Shown: positions 1 through 9,785, numbered from the stretch's first letter. The stretch: 64,000 nucleotides of DNA from Alphaproteobacteria bacterium (GCA_027485915.1 JAIXQA010000071.1:30567-94566); one strand, 5' to 3'. Numbers and translations: made by a program. The notes: generated from the sequence alone by a model not told the origin.

Positions 1-1
1 C

Positions 2-289
2 CGCCTCGTCGGAGTTTATCTGATTGAGGACGAGAATAAGGTTCAAGTCGCCGTGCGCGGCAGCCGCGTCTATCTTAGCAAAGAGGCCGTGGCCCCAAAA
101 GCCTTGATTGTTTGGCGGGCAGGGCGGTCTAATCAGGCCGAAACCCTGTTCCAATATCTGGATTATTTGTTGGGCTTGCCCGTTGGCCTCGGGATTTTGG
201 CTTGGGGCTTGATTATTCGCTCCAAGCGTTCGGATCCATTCGAAGAAGCGATGGCAGACCGCGCCGATGAGGGCGGATCAGCTGCATGA
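2..289 (+). CDS. Membrane protein, 3' part (5' end outside window)
   Basis: Frame open from base 2 to TGA at 289; one hydrophobic segment (LLGLPVGLGILAWGLII); stop overlaps rlmJ start (ATGA). Confidence 0.6.
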   Translation, partial: RLVGVYLIEDENKVQVAVRGSRVYLSKEAVAPKALIVWRAGRSNQAETLFQYLDYLLGLPVGLGILAWGLIIRSKRSDPFEEAMADRADEGGSAA

Positions 290-1119
290 ATTATCGTCAC
301 GCATTTCATGCGGGGAATTTCGCAGATGTCTGGAAGCACTTAGCGCTGGTACTCAGCCTTGATCATTTGAGGCTGAAGGAGGCCCCATTCCGGGTGCTGG
401 ATGTCTTTGCGGGCATTGGCACCTATGACCTCGCTAGTGAAGAAGCGGCCCGCAGCCCAGAGTGGCAGGACGGGATTGGCCGTCTGTGGGCTGCCGACGA
501 CCCGCCGATGCCGGTGAAGCGTTATCTTGAACTGGTGGCAGCAGCGGGGGATGGCCCCAATACCTATCCCGGCTCGCCAGCGCTAATCGCCGAAATGTTG
601 CGCGATCAGGACAAGGCTTTGTTCTGTGAGTTGCACCCGGTCGATTATGAAACCCTCGCAACACGGTTTGAGCGCGCGCGCGGCATTAAGGTGGAGCGTC
701 GCGATGCTTGGGAAGCGGTGCGCGCGCATCTGCCGCCGGTTGAGCGGCGCGGGCTTGTCCTGATCGATCCCCCTTTTGAGCGTCCGGGCGAATTTGAGCG
801 CTTGATTGAATCCCTGCAAGATGGTCTTACCCGTTGGGCCACTGGTACCTATATCTTGTGGCACGCAGATAAGGACAGCCACGTCACCGGGGAATATCGC
901 CGCGCCTTGGCCGAGACTGAGGCCCGCCTTTTGGTTGCTGATTTACAAGTTTGTGCGCCCCATGAGGGCCAAGGATTGGTGAGCGCAGGCGTCACAATAG
1001 CCAACCCACCATTTGGTTTGGAAGAGGCTTTGCGCGAGGCTGGGAGCTATTTAGCCGCACTTTTTGCACGCGGAAGTGGGGCAAAGGCTGAAATAGCGCG
1101 CATTTCAGGCCGCTGGTGA
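286..1119 (+). CDS. rlmJ: 23S rRNA m6A2030 methyltransferase RlmJ
   Basis: N-terminus MNYRHAFHAGNFADVWKH, YPGSP, and DPPF catalytic motif (LVLIDPPFE). Confidence 0.95.
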   Translation: MNYRHAFHAGNFADVWKHLALVLSLDHLRLKEAPFRVLDVFAGIGTYDLASEEAARSPEWQDGIGRLWAADDPPMPVKRYLELVAAAGDGPNTYPGSPALIAEMLRDQDKALFCELHPVDYETLATRFERARGIKVERRDAWEAVRAHLPPVERRGLVLIDPPFERPGEFERLIESLQDGLTRWATGTYILWHADKDSHVTGEYRRALAETEARLLVADLQVCAPHEGQGLVSAGVTIANPPFGLEEALREAGSYLAALFARGSGAKAEIARISGRW

Positions 1120-1325
1120 GGTTGCTTCTCGTCTCACACTCGCGCATAAGGCGATAGCAGGTTCGTTTTTAACAAACTGAAATGACCGCACCGGCCCCGC
1201 TCCTGGTCGCACACGCCCCATTCATTGCGTGCAAGACCAGTTAGCTTCGGCTCTGTGCTGGTCTGCCTCAGTCGAGATGGCCCTGTGGCGGCGCAACCCT
1301 GCTCCGTCGGTTCCCGGGGAATTAC

Positions 1326-2285
1326 ATGCGTTTCGACGACGACGACGAAGATACTAAGCCAGGCGACAAGAAGAAGAAGCCACGTGAACGCGCACGTGGC
1401 ATGGAAGAACCTTCCTTCGACGCACCACCACCTTCATTTAATGACCGTCCACCACGCCGTGACTTTGGTGGTGGCGGTGGCTTCGGCGGCGGCGGCGGCG
1501 GTTTTGGTGACCGCCCACCGCGCCAATATGGCGACCGTCCACAGGGTGGCGGCGGCTTTGGTGACCGTCCACCGCGCCAATATGGCGATCGTCCACAGGG
1601 TGGCGGCGGCTTTGGTGACCGTCCACCCCGTCAATTTGGTGACCGCCCGCAGGGCGGCGGTGGCTTTGGCGACCGTCCACCCCGTCAATATGGCGACCGT
1701 CCGCAAGGCGGCGGTGGCTTTGGTGATCGTCCACCGCGTCAATATGGTGACCGTCCACAAGGTGGCGGTGGCTTTGGCGATCGTCCGCCACGCCGTGACT
1801 TCGGCGGTGGTGGCGGTGGCGGTGGCTTTGGTGACCGTCCACCCCGTCAATATGGTGACCGTCCACAAGGTGGCGGGGGTTTTGGCGACCGTCCGCCACG
1901 TCGTGACTTCGGTGGCGGCGGCGGGGGTGACCGTGGCCCACGTAACTTCGAAGATCGCGGCCCACGTGAGCCCTTAGAGAACCACGAAGGCACGGTGAAG
2001 TTCTTCAATGCTGAGCGTGGCTTTGGCTTCATCACGCCAGATGGCGGTGGCGCAGATGTGTTTGTACACATTTCGGCAGTCCAACGTTCCGGCTTTGAAG
2101 TCTTGGAACCAGATCAGCGTTTGGCATTCCAAACCTTGCCAGACCGCTTCGGCAAAGGCCCAAAGGCGATCAATCTGTCCTTATTGGATGGCTCGGCCGC
2201 GGCGGCTCCGGCGCGTGATATGGGTCAAGCTGCGCCTAGCGGCGATGATGATCAGCCGGACCTGGGCGATTATAATCCAGAATAA
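1326..2285 (+). CDS. Cold-shock domain protein with long N-terminal Gly/Arg/Asp/Pro repeat region
   Basis: C-terminal CSD: GTVKFFNAERGFGFITPDGGGADVFVHISAV (RNP1/RNP2). Confidence 0.9.
   Translation: MRFDDDDEDTKPGDKKKKPRERARGMEEPSFDAPPPSFNDRPPRRDFGGGGGFGGGGGGFGDRPPRQYGDRPQGGGGFGDRPPRQYGDRPQGGGGFGDRPPRQFGDRPQGGGGFGDRPPRQYGDRPQGGGGFGDRPPRQYGDRPQGGGGFGDRPPRRDFGGGGGGGGFGDRPPRQYGDRPQGGGGFGDRPPRRDFGGGGGGDRGPRNFEDRGPREPLENHEGTVKFFNAERGFGFITPDGGGADVFVHISAVQRSGFEVLEPDQRLAFQTLPDRFGKGPKAINLSLLDGSAAAAPARDMGQAAPSGDDDQPDLGDYNPE
1440..1940 (+). repeat. Coding tandem repeat, ~54 bp unit (GGGGFGDRPPRQ[Y/F]GDRPQ x6 plus DRPPRRDF x3)
   Basis: Visible in DNA and protein; synonymous variation between units. Confidence 0.95.
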
Positions 2286-2291
2286 GTCAAC

Positions 2292-2316
2292 AATCGGGGC
2301 TGTTTCAGTCCCGATT
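2292..2316. terminator. Probable bidirectional intrinsic terminator
   Basis: Hairpin AATCGGGGCTG-TTT-CAGTCCCGATT between convergent genes. Confidence 0.7.
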
Positions 2317-3100
2317 ATTTGCTTTCATTGACGCGATAGCGCCGCCCTTGGACTTTGATCTGGGGCGGCGTTTTTGTGCGTTCAAAGACGCGCCATGCAG
2401 GTTCTAGGTCACGCCAGAAGCTTGCCTTTGGCCCTTGGCCGATTTGCAGCATGCGAAATGACGTCATTTGAAATGGAAAAATATGAAAGGGGATGGCGGC
2501 TTGGCCATTCACCAGCGCGGAATAAGCAATGGTATAGACCTCCTCCATGTCCTGATCCGTCAGCCCATAGTGACGGCCCGACGCACAGCCCGCCTGCAGC
2601 AGGCTGGGCGCGCCGCGCCAACCGCGTGCGCGATCATACGCGTTTGGCCAATTGAGATTGATCCCAAGATAGCCCACGCCCTGTGGCCGCATTTGAGTCG
2701 CCGTTAGCGTGTAAAAGCCTTCGGGCTGCCCCGATGAAGCGCTTTGGCGTGGACCCAAGGCCCCATCCTTGCTGCAGATTTTGAAGTTTCGCAGACGGCT
2801 ATAAGAACCAGACGGGGCTTTGACCCATACTTCAAGGCGGTCTTGCTCTCGGATGAGGCGAAAATAGACAGGGGCACCCAAAGTCAGGCCGAGGTCCGAA
2901 TAAGCAAAGGCCAGACGTTGCCGCGTGCGCTCAATCGCATCGGCACCGACGGAGGAAACAGCAACCCGCACGCGCTGGCTTGCCTTGGCTTTGGTTTCTG
3001 CGCTGGCAGTCCCAATACCAGCTGTCGCGACCAGCCAAGCTCCTCCACACGCTGCCAGCACGAGGCGGCGAAACAGTGCCTTTGGTAACTTACAGCCCAT
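2315..3100 (-). CDS. Exported L,D-transpeptidase family protein (YafK/DpaA-like)
   Basis: Signal peptide; LEVWVK, PEGFYT, NLNWPNAYDR; catalytic region divergent (LQAGCASGRHYG). Confidence 0.8.
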   Translation of the reverse strand: MGCKLPKALFRRLVLAACGGAWLVATAGIGTASAETKAKASQRVRVAVSSVGADAIERTRQRLAFAYSDLGLTLGAPVYFRLIREQDRLEVWVKAPSGSYSRLRNFKICSKDGALGPRQSASSGQPEGFYTLTATQMRPQGVGYLGINLNWPNAYDRARGWRGAPSLLQAGCASGRHYGLTDQDMEEVYTIAYSALVNGQAAIPFHIFPFQMTSFRMLQIGQGPKASFWRDLEPAWRVFERTKTPPQIKVQGRRYRVNESK

Positions 3101-3278
3101 GGTGCTTCCCAGAATATGTATTGGCAGCGCGTGCGGGTGTCGCCTGCTTGGACCCGCTTTGATGCCCTAAATTGAAACGATCTTGTCAGCAAAGTCTATG
3201 GGTCTTTCGACGCCAACCTGCCGACTTAATCCAGACGGGGCTATAGGCCGACGACCGTTAAAGCGATATAAAACCCAG

Positions 3279-4262
3279 ATGCAGTCACTCATGAACTTAA
3301 TAACTGATGTCCCCGGCCTGAAAGTGGGCCAAGCTGAGGATCAAGCCGCGAGGACAGGCGTGACGGTGCTTTACCCCGATGTCGCAGCCGTTTGTGGGGT
3401 GGATGTGCGCGGCGGTGGCCCAGGAACTCGGGAAAGCGATGCTTTAGCGCCAGAGAACCTTGTGGATGCCATAGACGCGTTGGTCTTATCGGGTGGCTCT
3501 GTTTATGGTCTTGCCGCCGCAGACGGTGTGGCAAGCGCTCTGGGCGCACGGGGGCGTGGGTTCGGACTGATAGACCTTCCTGGTGTGCCCCGCTCCCCGG
3601 TTGTCCCCGCCGCGATTCTCTATGACTTGGCCAATGGCGGGGATAAGGGCTGGGGCCAGGACCCGCCCTACCGCGCCTTGGGTGCCCGTGCATTGGACGC
3701 GGTGTCAGATCGGTTTGAGCTGGGCGCACACGGGGCGGGCATTGGCGCGCGGGCTGGGCAAGTGCGCGGTGGGCTGGGCTCTGCCAGTCAGCGCACACAA
3801 GATGGGATTCATGTTGGCGCGATTGTCGCAGTCAATTGCTTTGGCAGTGTTACCATGCCCGGCAGTGATGCCTATTGGGCATGGGCATTAGAGCAAAATG
3901 GCGAAGCCGGCGGCGTGCGGCCAGACCCCGCCTTAGTCGTTTATGGCGACGATTGGGGCCCCGCCAAAGCCAATCCCGCCGCCATCGGCCGTACTAACAC
4001 CACTATTGCCTGTGTTGCCACCGATGTGGCGCTGACACCGGCACAAGCTAAGCGCGTCGCTCAAATGGCCAGCGCCGGCCTTGCCCGCGCAATCCGGCCT
4101 GTATTTGCCCCATTTGACGGCGATGTGGTGTTCGCGCTCTCAACCGCCCAACAGAATTTGGCCGAGCCAACTCACTTCAATATCGCTCGAATTGGCGCCT
4201 TGGCTGCGGATTGTTTGGCTCGGGCTGTCATGCGTGGGGTCTATGCAGCCAAAGACGCTTGA
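3279..4262 (+). CDS. P1/S58 family peptidase (DmpA-like)
   Basis: NLITDVPGLKVG, DVRGGGPGTRE, LSGGSVYGL, NTTIACVATD, PFDGDVVF; start placed at ATG 3279 (alternative 3291). Confidence 0.9.
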   Translation: MQSLMNLITDVPGLKVGQAEDQAARTGVTVLYPDVAAVCGVDVRGGGPGTRESDALAPENLVDAIDALVLSGGSVYGLAAADGVASALGARGRGFGLIDLPGVPRSPVVPAAILYDLANGGDKGWGQDPPYRALGARALDAVSDRFELGAHGAGIGARAGQVRGGLGSASQRTQDGIHVGAIVAVNCFGSVTMPGSDAYWAWALEQNGEAGGVRPDPALVVYGDDWGPAKANPAAIGRTNTTIACVATDVALTPAQAKRVAQMASAGLARAIRPVFAPFDGDVVFALSTAQQNLAEPTHFNIARIGALAADCLARAVMRGVYAAKDA

Positions 4263-4299
4263 TCTTCGCCTCAGTGACGTCTAATGACGCCGCCTCAGC

Positions 4300-4376
4300 G
4301 CGCCCGTAGCTCAGCTGGATAGAGCATCAGACTACGAATCTGAGGGTCGGGCGTTCGAATCGCTCCGGGCGCGCCA
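4300..4376 (+). tRNA. tRNA-Arg (ACG)
   Basis: GCGCCCGTAGCTCAGCTGGATAGAGC...TCAGA-CT-ACG-AA-TCTGA...GTTCGAATC...GCGCCA, 77 nt cloverleaf with CCA. Confidence 0.98.
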
Positions 4377-4378
4377 TT
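4329..4378 (+). repeat. attL core (tRNA 3' half)
   Basis: AGACTACGAATCTGAGGGTCGGGCGTTCGAATCGCTCCGGGCGCGCCATT, identical to 26072-26121. Confidence 0.95.
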
Positions 4379-4400
4379 AAATCAAACACTTAGCTAGATC

Positions 4401-4672
4401 CAAGCCAAACCCCACTGGGGTCTGCTACCAATTTGCTACCAAATGCCAAAAACCTAACGGAATGATCTGGAACGACTTTTTTCTGCAGTGGTAGCAGCAG
4501 TGACCACCAGATTATTGGTAGCAAACGGGCATTTCGGCGCTTTCTGGGTGTTTCCAGCGCATTTTGATCGTTGCGATTCGTTTCGATGGCTGTGCAATGT
4601 GCCTTCACTAATAACGCAAACGGCACTTTCCTTTAATAACGATTTTCGCTGTTAACGCGTGCGTGAATAGCC
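4401..4672 (+). repeat. Element left-end backbone block A, copy 1
   Basis: Closely similar to 26143-26404; segment 4653-4691 recurs at 29773-29811 (37/39). Confidence 0.9.
4423..4523. repeat. Putative integrase arm-type sites, left arm
   Basis: TGCTACCAA at 4423-4431 and 4434-4442; inverted TGGTAGCA 4489-4496 and TTGGTAGCA 4515-4523; the same 20-mer occurs at 25927-25946. Confidence 0.7.
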
Positions 4673-4740
4673 AGTCTTCGATTTTCAACCTCTTTTTGCC
4701 CAAATCGCCGGAGCCAAGTCGGGCAACTTGCAGCAAGTGA

Positions 4741-5103
4741 TTAGCTGGTTGATTTCAATATATCGACTAGGTGTCGCGCGCGTGCAGGATCGAGCGGATG
4801 TGTCAGGCTCGGATTAGCAAGTTCATGAAGTACATCCCGGACGAGAGCTTCGAAGCTCTGATCAAACTCGACGTCGTCTCGTCCTTCAATCAGGTTCGCC
4901 CAAGTCTCGACATCAACTTCGGACATTTCGCCCCGCAGATGCCGTGCCAACACATTGGAAAAATGGTCGGGAGTTAAGCGCACGCCTATGCCTTCGTAGT
5001 CCCAACCCAGTTTTGCAAGCTGCTCAGCTATATCTGTCAAAGGCAAGGCCATCGTGAGCAGGCTGTCCACGAGTGCGAGGCGGAATTTTTCGTCGGATGT
5101 CAT
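4741..5103 (-). CDS. Hypothetical protein, possible orphan immunity protein
   Basis: 120 aa acidic ORF with GGAGGAG RBS; start overlaps the stop of a short upstream frame. Confidence 0.65.
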   Translation of the reverse strand: MTSDEKFRLALVDSLLTMALPLTDIAEQLAKLGWDYEGIGVRLTPDHFSNVLARHLRGEMSEVDVETWANLIEGRDDVEFDQSFEALVRDVLHELANPSLTHPLDPARARHLVDILKSTS

Positions 5104-5170
5104 TGAATTGCTCCTCCCCTTCGCTGCACGATCGGGCCCGCGCCATTTCTAATCTTTTGAAGGGCACCCA

Positions 5171-5372
5171 AAGCTGGTGGTCAAGGGGCATGGTCGGCCT
5201 GCCGATCACGCGACGCGTGACCCCTTGAGGGCCAGATTTGGTGCAACAAAATCACCTAGCAGCTTCAGGGCAAGCAAAGCGCCGCATTGAAGCTGTTCCT
5301 AGGCGTCCTAGAGAGTGACTGTTACCTGCTCCATTTGTGTCTTGGATTTGCGAACTAACTTGGTCTGCTTTG
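5171..5372 (+). repeat. Element backbone block B, copy 1
   Basis: Similar to 26539-26789 (which carries a ~50 bp insertion); similarity ends at GGTCTGCTTTG. Confidence 0.88.
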
Positions 5373-5838
5373 CGCGAAGGGTGGTTTACAAAACTGCTTG
5401 GGTTCGAGTTTCAAAGGAGACATTGCGAAAACGAAAAATGGAGGCTGATGAGGAAACTCAGCATGTTAAATATTCAGACTACCAAAATTTGGGGCATGGG
5501 AATTTTATGTACTGCATTGGGCGGTTCTTTGACATGAGAACCACCAAATGATGCTGTTGCGCTTCGCGGGTTGACAAGTGCTATCCCTTTCTGCTCAGCG
5601 CGGTTTATAGGTGGGTGCATCTTGCACCTAACGTACAGTATAACGATCTCAAGTAAATTTGACTGTGCTTACATCCTTGTTATTCTAGATCTGGCGGTTA
5701 ATGAATCGTCCTGCTCGCCCTAAAATGGCGTTTGGCACTCAATTGCAGAATGCTGCGCCTTGGACCGGATTCTATTCAGACCCAGGACACAGCCCCGCCG
5801 AGCCATTGACGGTGCTCTTTTATGCTTGGATTTCGAAA

Positions 5839-7245
5839 ATGTTGCTGACCATTTCTACAACCCATCAACCAGCAACAGACTTGGGTTACGTCCTGATGAA
5901 GCACCCAGATAGTGTTCATAGTATTGACGTATCCTTTGGTCGAGCCACGCTATTCTACCCTTTTTCGACAGAAGAACGCTGCACTGCCGCGATAACACTC
6001 CAAGTTGACCCGGTTGCGTTGGTGAGGGGTAAAACGAGTATCGAAGAACAATATGTCAATGATCGGCCTTATGCCGCCTCTTCATTGCTTTCGGTTGCCT
6101 TGGGGCGATTATTGAATACTGCAATGGCGGGTCGTTCCAAGCTCCGTCAGGAGCTGGCCGACACGCCAATTCCGCTTGAGTGCTTTCTAACACCGCTCCC
6201 AGCGCGTGGCTCGGCTGACTTACTCGCGCGATTGTTTGAACCATTGGGATACAAAGTTACGGTAGAGCCAGTTCCCCTTGATCCGGCTCATCCCGATTGG
6301 GGCCCAAGCCCCTACGTCTCGCTAAGCTTAAAAGGCAACGTACGCGTTCAGGAACTCCTCACGCATTTGTTCGTGCTGATTCCGGTTTTGGACAACGCGA
6401 AGCATTACTACGTCGGCGAAGATGAAGTCAAAAAATTGCTTAAAAAAGGTGACGGTTGGCTTGAAGTTCACCCTGATAAGGAGCTGATTGTTCGCCGGTA
6501 CCTATTGGGCTTCAAGTCTTTAGTGCGGTCTGCATCAGAGAAACTGGACGACCGAGCAGAAGCAGAGGAGTTTGAAGAGCACGCGACACGAGATGCTGTG
6601 GAGGAAAAACTCGAAAAGCCAATTAGGCTCAACACACAGCGAATGGACTATATAGCCAATTTGATCCGCCAGCTTGATGCTGCGAGCGTTCTTGACCTTG
6701 GTTGCGGGGAGGGTCGCTTACTACGCCAACTCTTACTGATAAAAGGACTGGACCGGATCGTTGGGGTGGAAGTTGCACCGCGCGTTTTGGCCAAGGCAGG
6801 TGAGCGCTTGAAACTAGATCACATGCCCGACATTAAACGAAAACGTATCGAGCTTCTTCAAGGGTCACTTGTTTATCGCGATGACCGCCTGAAAGGCTTT
6901 GATGTTGCAGCTCTTGTTGAGGTGATAGAGCATGTCGATGCTGAACGGCTACCCGCGCTAGAAGCGGCACTGTTCGGTCATGCGCAACCAGCCAACGTCA
7001 TCGTAACAACGCCCAATAGTGAGTATAATGTATTGTTTGAAGGCATGGAGCCAGAGGCGCTGCGGCACCCAGACCATCGGTTTGAATGGTCACGTTCACA
7101 ATTCAATAACTGGGCCGAGGCAGTCGCTAAAGGATATGGGTATAATGTGCGGTATGAAGGGATCGGGCACGAAGATCAGACGCATGGATATCCGACCCAA
7201 GTCGCCATTTTTTCGCGCGCAAAGCCAACACAGGTAACTGTATGA
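5839..7245 (+). CDS. hen1: 3'-terminal RNA ribose 2'-O-methyltransferase Hen1
   Basis: MLLTISTTHQPATDLGYVLMKHP N-terminus, YVNDRPY, SAM motif VLDLGCGEG, EVIEH and HPDHRFEW; start moved from 5701 to ATG 5839. Confidence 0.95.
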   Translation: MLLTISTTHQPATDLGYVLMKHPDSVHSIDVSFGRATLFYPFSTEERCTAAITLQVDPVALVRGKTSIEEQYVNDRPYAASSLLSVALGRLLNTAMAGRSKLRQELADTPIPLECFLTPLPARGSADLLARLFEPLGYKVTVEPVPLDPAHPDWGPSPYVSLSLKGNVRVQELLTHLFVLIPVLDNAKHYYVGEDEVKKLLKKGDGWLEVHPDKELIVRRYLLGFKSLVRSASEKLDDRAEAEEFEEHATRDAVEEKLEKPIRLNTQRMDYIANLIRQLDAASVLDLGCGEGRLLRQLLLIKGLDRIVGVEVAPRVLAKAGERLKLDHMPDIKRKRIELLQGSLVYRDDRLKGFDVAALVEVIEHVDAERLPALEAALFGHAQPANVIVTTPNSEYNVLFEGMEPEALRHPDHRFEWSRSQFNNWAEAVAKGYGYNVRYEGIGHEDQTHGYPTQVAIFSRAKPTQVTV

Positions 7246-9785
7246 AGATCGAGGTTCCAGAATTTGCGCTTGTCCTACTTGTCGGTGCGTCGGGGATGGG
7301 TAAGTCCACCTTTGCTGCAAAGCACTTTCTACCTACAGAAGTCGTTTCCTCAGATCGCATGCGTGGCTGGATAGCCGACGACGAAACCGATCAGTCCGCG
7401 ACGAGTGATGCTTTTGATGTGCTGAATTTGATAGTTGAAAAGCGCCTTAAGAATCGCCGGTTTACCGTTATTGACGCAACAAACGTTCAACCCGAAGCTC
7501 GAAAAGGCCTCGTTGCCTTGGCGCGCAAATGGCACGCCTTGATCGTCGCGATTACATTCGAATTGCCAGAGGCAGTTGCAATATCTCGCAACGCTTTGCG
7601 GCCGGATCGACAGTTTGGAGCCGGGCCTGTTCGGCGGCAAATCTTGAACTTAAAGCGCTCCGTAAAAAATATGACGCGCGAGGGGATTCGCTATGTACAC
7701 CGACTGCAATCTCTAGACGAGGTCGAAGCCGTTGAAATCACTCGGACAAGGCTTTGGACTGACCGACGCAATGATACCGGCCCGTTTGATATCATTGGTG
7801 ACGTTCACGGTTGTGCAGACGAACTTGAGATAATTCTTGATAAACTCGGCTATGAAGTCAGGTGGGACGACAAAAAGGTAAGCGTAACGCCGCCGCCGGG
7901 CCGTCGTGCAATCTTTGTTGGTGACCTGGTTGATCGCGGTCCGCGATCTCCTGATGTCTTGCGCATCGCCAAGCATATGGTGGATTCTGGGACAGCGCTG
8001 GCTGTAGTGGGAAACCATGATGACAAGCTGAAGCGTCACCTAGATGGACGAAACGTCAAAACGACGCATGGGCTTGCGGAAACGATTGAGCAATTGGCGC
8101 AAGAACCGCCGGAGTTTCTGGCAGAAATGCGCAAATGGCTTGATGGCCTGATAAGCCATTACCTCCTTGACGATGGCAAACTGGTTGTCGCGCATGCGGG
8201 CCTAAGAGAAGAAATGCAAGGGCGCGCATCTGGTGCGATTCGAAGTTTCTGCATGTATGGTGAGACAACTGGCGAGATTGATGAGTTTGGCCTTCCGGTC
8301 CGTTGGGACTGGGCGTCAGAGTACAAAGGGCGGGCTAAAGTTGTCTTTGGTCATACGCCTGTTCAAGAAGCAAGTTGGGTCAATGGGACAATTTGCATCG
8401 ACACTGGCTGCGTGTTCGGTGGCAAACTGACTGCACTTCGCTACCCTGAGCTGGAATTGGTTTCGGTTGATGCCAAAGAGATGTATTACGAGCCAATCCG
8501 CCCGCTTCAATCACCAATTGCCGAAAGGCTCAGTGGTCCGGTCGACCAACTCGATATCGCAGATGTCCTCGGCAAACAGGTCATTCAAACTGATCTTTTT
8601 GGATATGTCACGATCCAAGAAGACAATTCTGCCGCAGCACTTGAGATTATGACACGCTTTGCAGTGGATCCTCATTGGCTGATCCACTTACCGCCTACGA
8701 TGTCTCCTTCACAATCGAGCAGCCAAGATGGATGGCTCGAACGACCCGAAGAAGCTTTTAGCTATTACGGCTCAAGGGGCGTAAAGCAGATTGTACTTGA
8801 AGAAAAGCACATGGGCTCGCGCGCTCTAGTAGTTTTATCAAAGTCGGAGGAAGAGGCTGCAAAGCGATTTGGCGTCCGCGATGGATCGCGCGGCTCTATC
8901 GTTACACGCACCGGCAGGCGTTTTTTCAATGATTTAGAACTCGAAGCAGAAGTCTTGCAGCGCATCGATGACGCCATGAAAGTTTCGAACCTTTGGGCGG
9001 AGCTCGAGACCGATTGGGTGCTTTGGGATTGTGAAATTATGCCTTGGAGCATGAAGGCCGGGGCACTTGTACGTGGACAATATGCTTCAGTCGGCGCGGC
9101 GGCCAATGCCGGCCTATCAGCGCTCGATGAAGCCTTGCAGGCCGCACTTGCCCGTGGGGTCGACATCGCAGGTCTGGCATCACAAACATCGCAGCGGCTT
9201 GAGGCAGCGGCCAACTATCGAACTGCTTACAATCGCTACATCAGGCCATTTTCGGGCATTGCTGACCTAAAGATTGCGCCGTTCCACCTATTAGCTTCAG
9301 AAGGTCAGGTACATAGCAATCAGAATCACCTCTGGCACATGAAGATGGCGCATGAATTGGCGGCTGGAGACAGCGCCTTATTGCTGGCAACTGACTATCG
9401 GTCCATTGACCTCGAAGATGCATCGGAAGTCAAAGCGGCTATAGAATGGTGGGAAGAATTAACGGCCGGTGGTGGTGAGGGCATGGTCGTCAAGCCGCTA
9501 GACTATGTCTCACGGGACAAGCGTGGCCTTTTGCAGCCAGCCATCAAGTGCCGTGGCCGAGAGTATTTGCGGATAATCTACGGACCTGACTATGATCATA
9601 CAGGCAATATTGAGCGTCTCAAGAAACGAAGTCTTGGCCATAAGCAATCAATGGCATTACGTGAGTTTGCCTTGGGGATCGAGGCCCTCAAGCGGTTTGT
9701 AAATCACGCCCCGCTAACCCGTGTACACCAATGTGTGTTTGGGGTGCTGGCAATGGAGAGTGAGCCCGTTGATCCGAGGCTGTAA
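7242..9785 (+). CDS. pnkp: Polynucleotide kinase-phosphatase-ligase Pnkp
   Basis: P-loop GASGMGKST; phosphoesterase GDVHG/GDLVDRG/GNHD; ligase motifs EEKHMGSR, EGMVVKP, KCRGREYL; overlaps hen1 stop. Confidence 0.95.
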   Translation: MKIEVPEFALVLLVGASGMGKSTFAAKHFLPTEVVSSDRMRGWIADDETDQSATSDAFDVLNLIVEKRLKNRRFTVIDATNVQPEARKGLVALARKWHALIVAITFELPEAVAISRNALRPDRQFGAGPVRRQILNLKRSVKNMTREGIRYVHRLQSLDEVEAVEITRTRLWTDRRNDTGPFDIIGDVHGCADELEIILDKLGYEVRWDDKKVSVTPPPGRRAIFVGDLVDRGPRSPDVLRIAKHMVDSGTALAVVGNHDDKLKRHLDGRNVKTTHGLAETIEQLAQEPPEFLAEMRKWLDGLISHYLLDDGKLVVAHAGLREEMQGRASGAIRSFCMYGETTGEIDEFGLPVRWDWASEYKGRAKVVFGHTPVQEASWVNGTICIDTGCVFGGKLTALRYPELELVSVDAKEMYYEPIRPLQSPIAERLSGPVDQLDIADVLGKQVIQTDLFGYVTIQEDNSAAALEIMTRFAVDPHWLIHLPPTMSPSQSSSQDGWLERPEEAFSYYGSRGVKQIVLEEKHMGSRALVVLSKSEEEAAKRFGVRDGSRGSIVTRTGRRFFNDLELEAEVLQRIDDAMKVSNLWAELETDWVLWDCEIMPWSMKAGALVRGQYASVGAAANAGLSALDEALQAALARGVDIAGLASQTSQRLEAAANYRTAYNRYIRPFSGIADLKIAPFHLLASEGQVHSNQNHLWHMKMAHELAAGDSALLLATDYRSIDLEDASEVKAAIEWWEELTAGGGEGMVVKPLDYVSRDKRGLLQPAIKCRGREYLRIIYGPDYDHTGNIERLKKRSLGHKQSMALREFALGIEALKRFVNHAPLTRVHQCVFGVLAMESEPVDPRL

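Noticed and set aside
1440-1940. Possible CRISPR array
   Set aside because: Contiguous in-frame coding repeats with no unique spacers; no cas genes in the window.
1225-1977. Long alternative-frame ORFs over the cold-shock gene (1225-1977, 1434-1868, 1438-1965)
   Set aside because: Shadows of the stop-free 54-bp coding repeat; only the 1326-2285 frame has a recognisable domain.
4390-4626. Minus-strand ORFs 4390-4626 and 26155-26358
   Set aside because: Chance frames in the duplicated non-coding arm block; one codes through arm-type sites.
5315-5551. Short ORFs upstream of hen1
   Set aside because: No recognisable features; the 5' part lies in backbone repeat B. At most a fragment.
5701-5838. 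N-terminal extension of Hen1 in the ORF track
   Set aside because: The family-typical N-terminus starts at MLLTISTT (5839).
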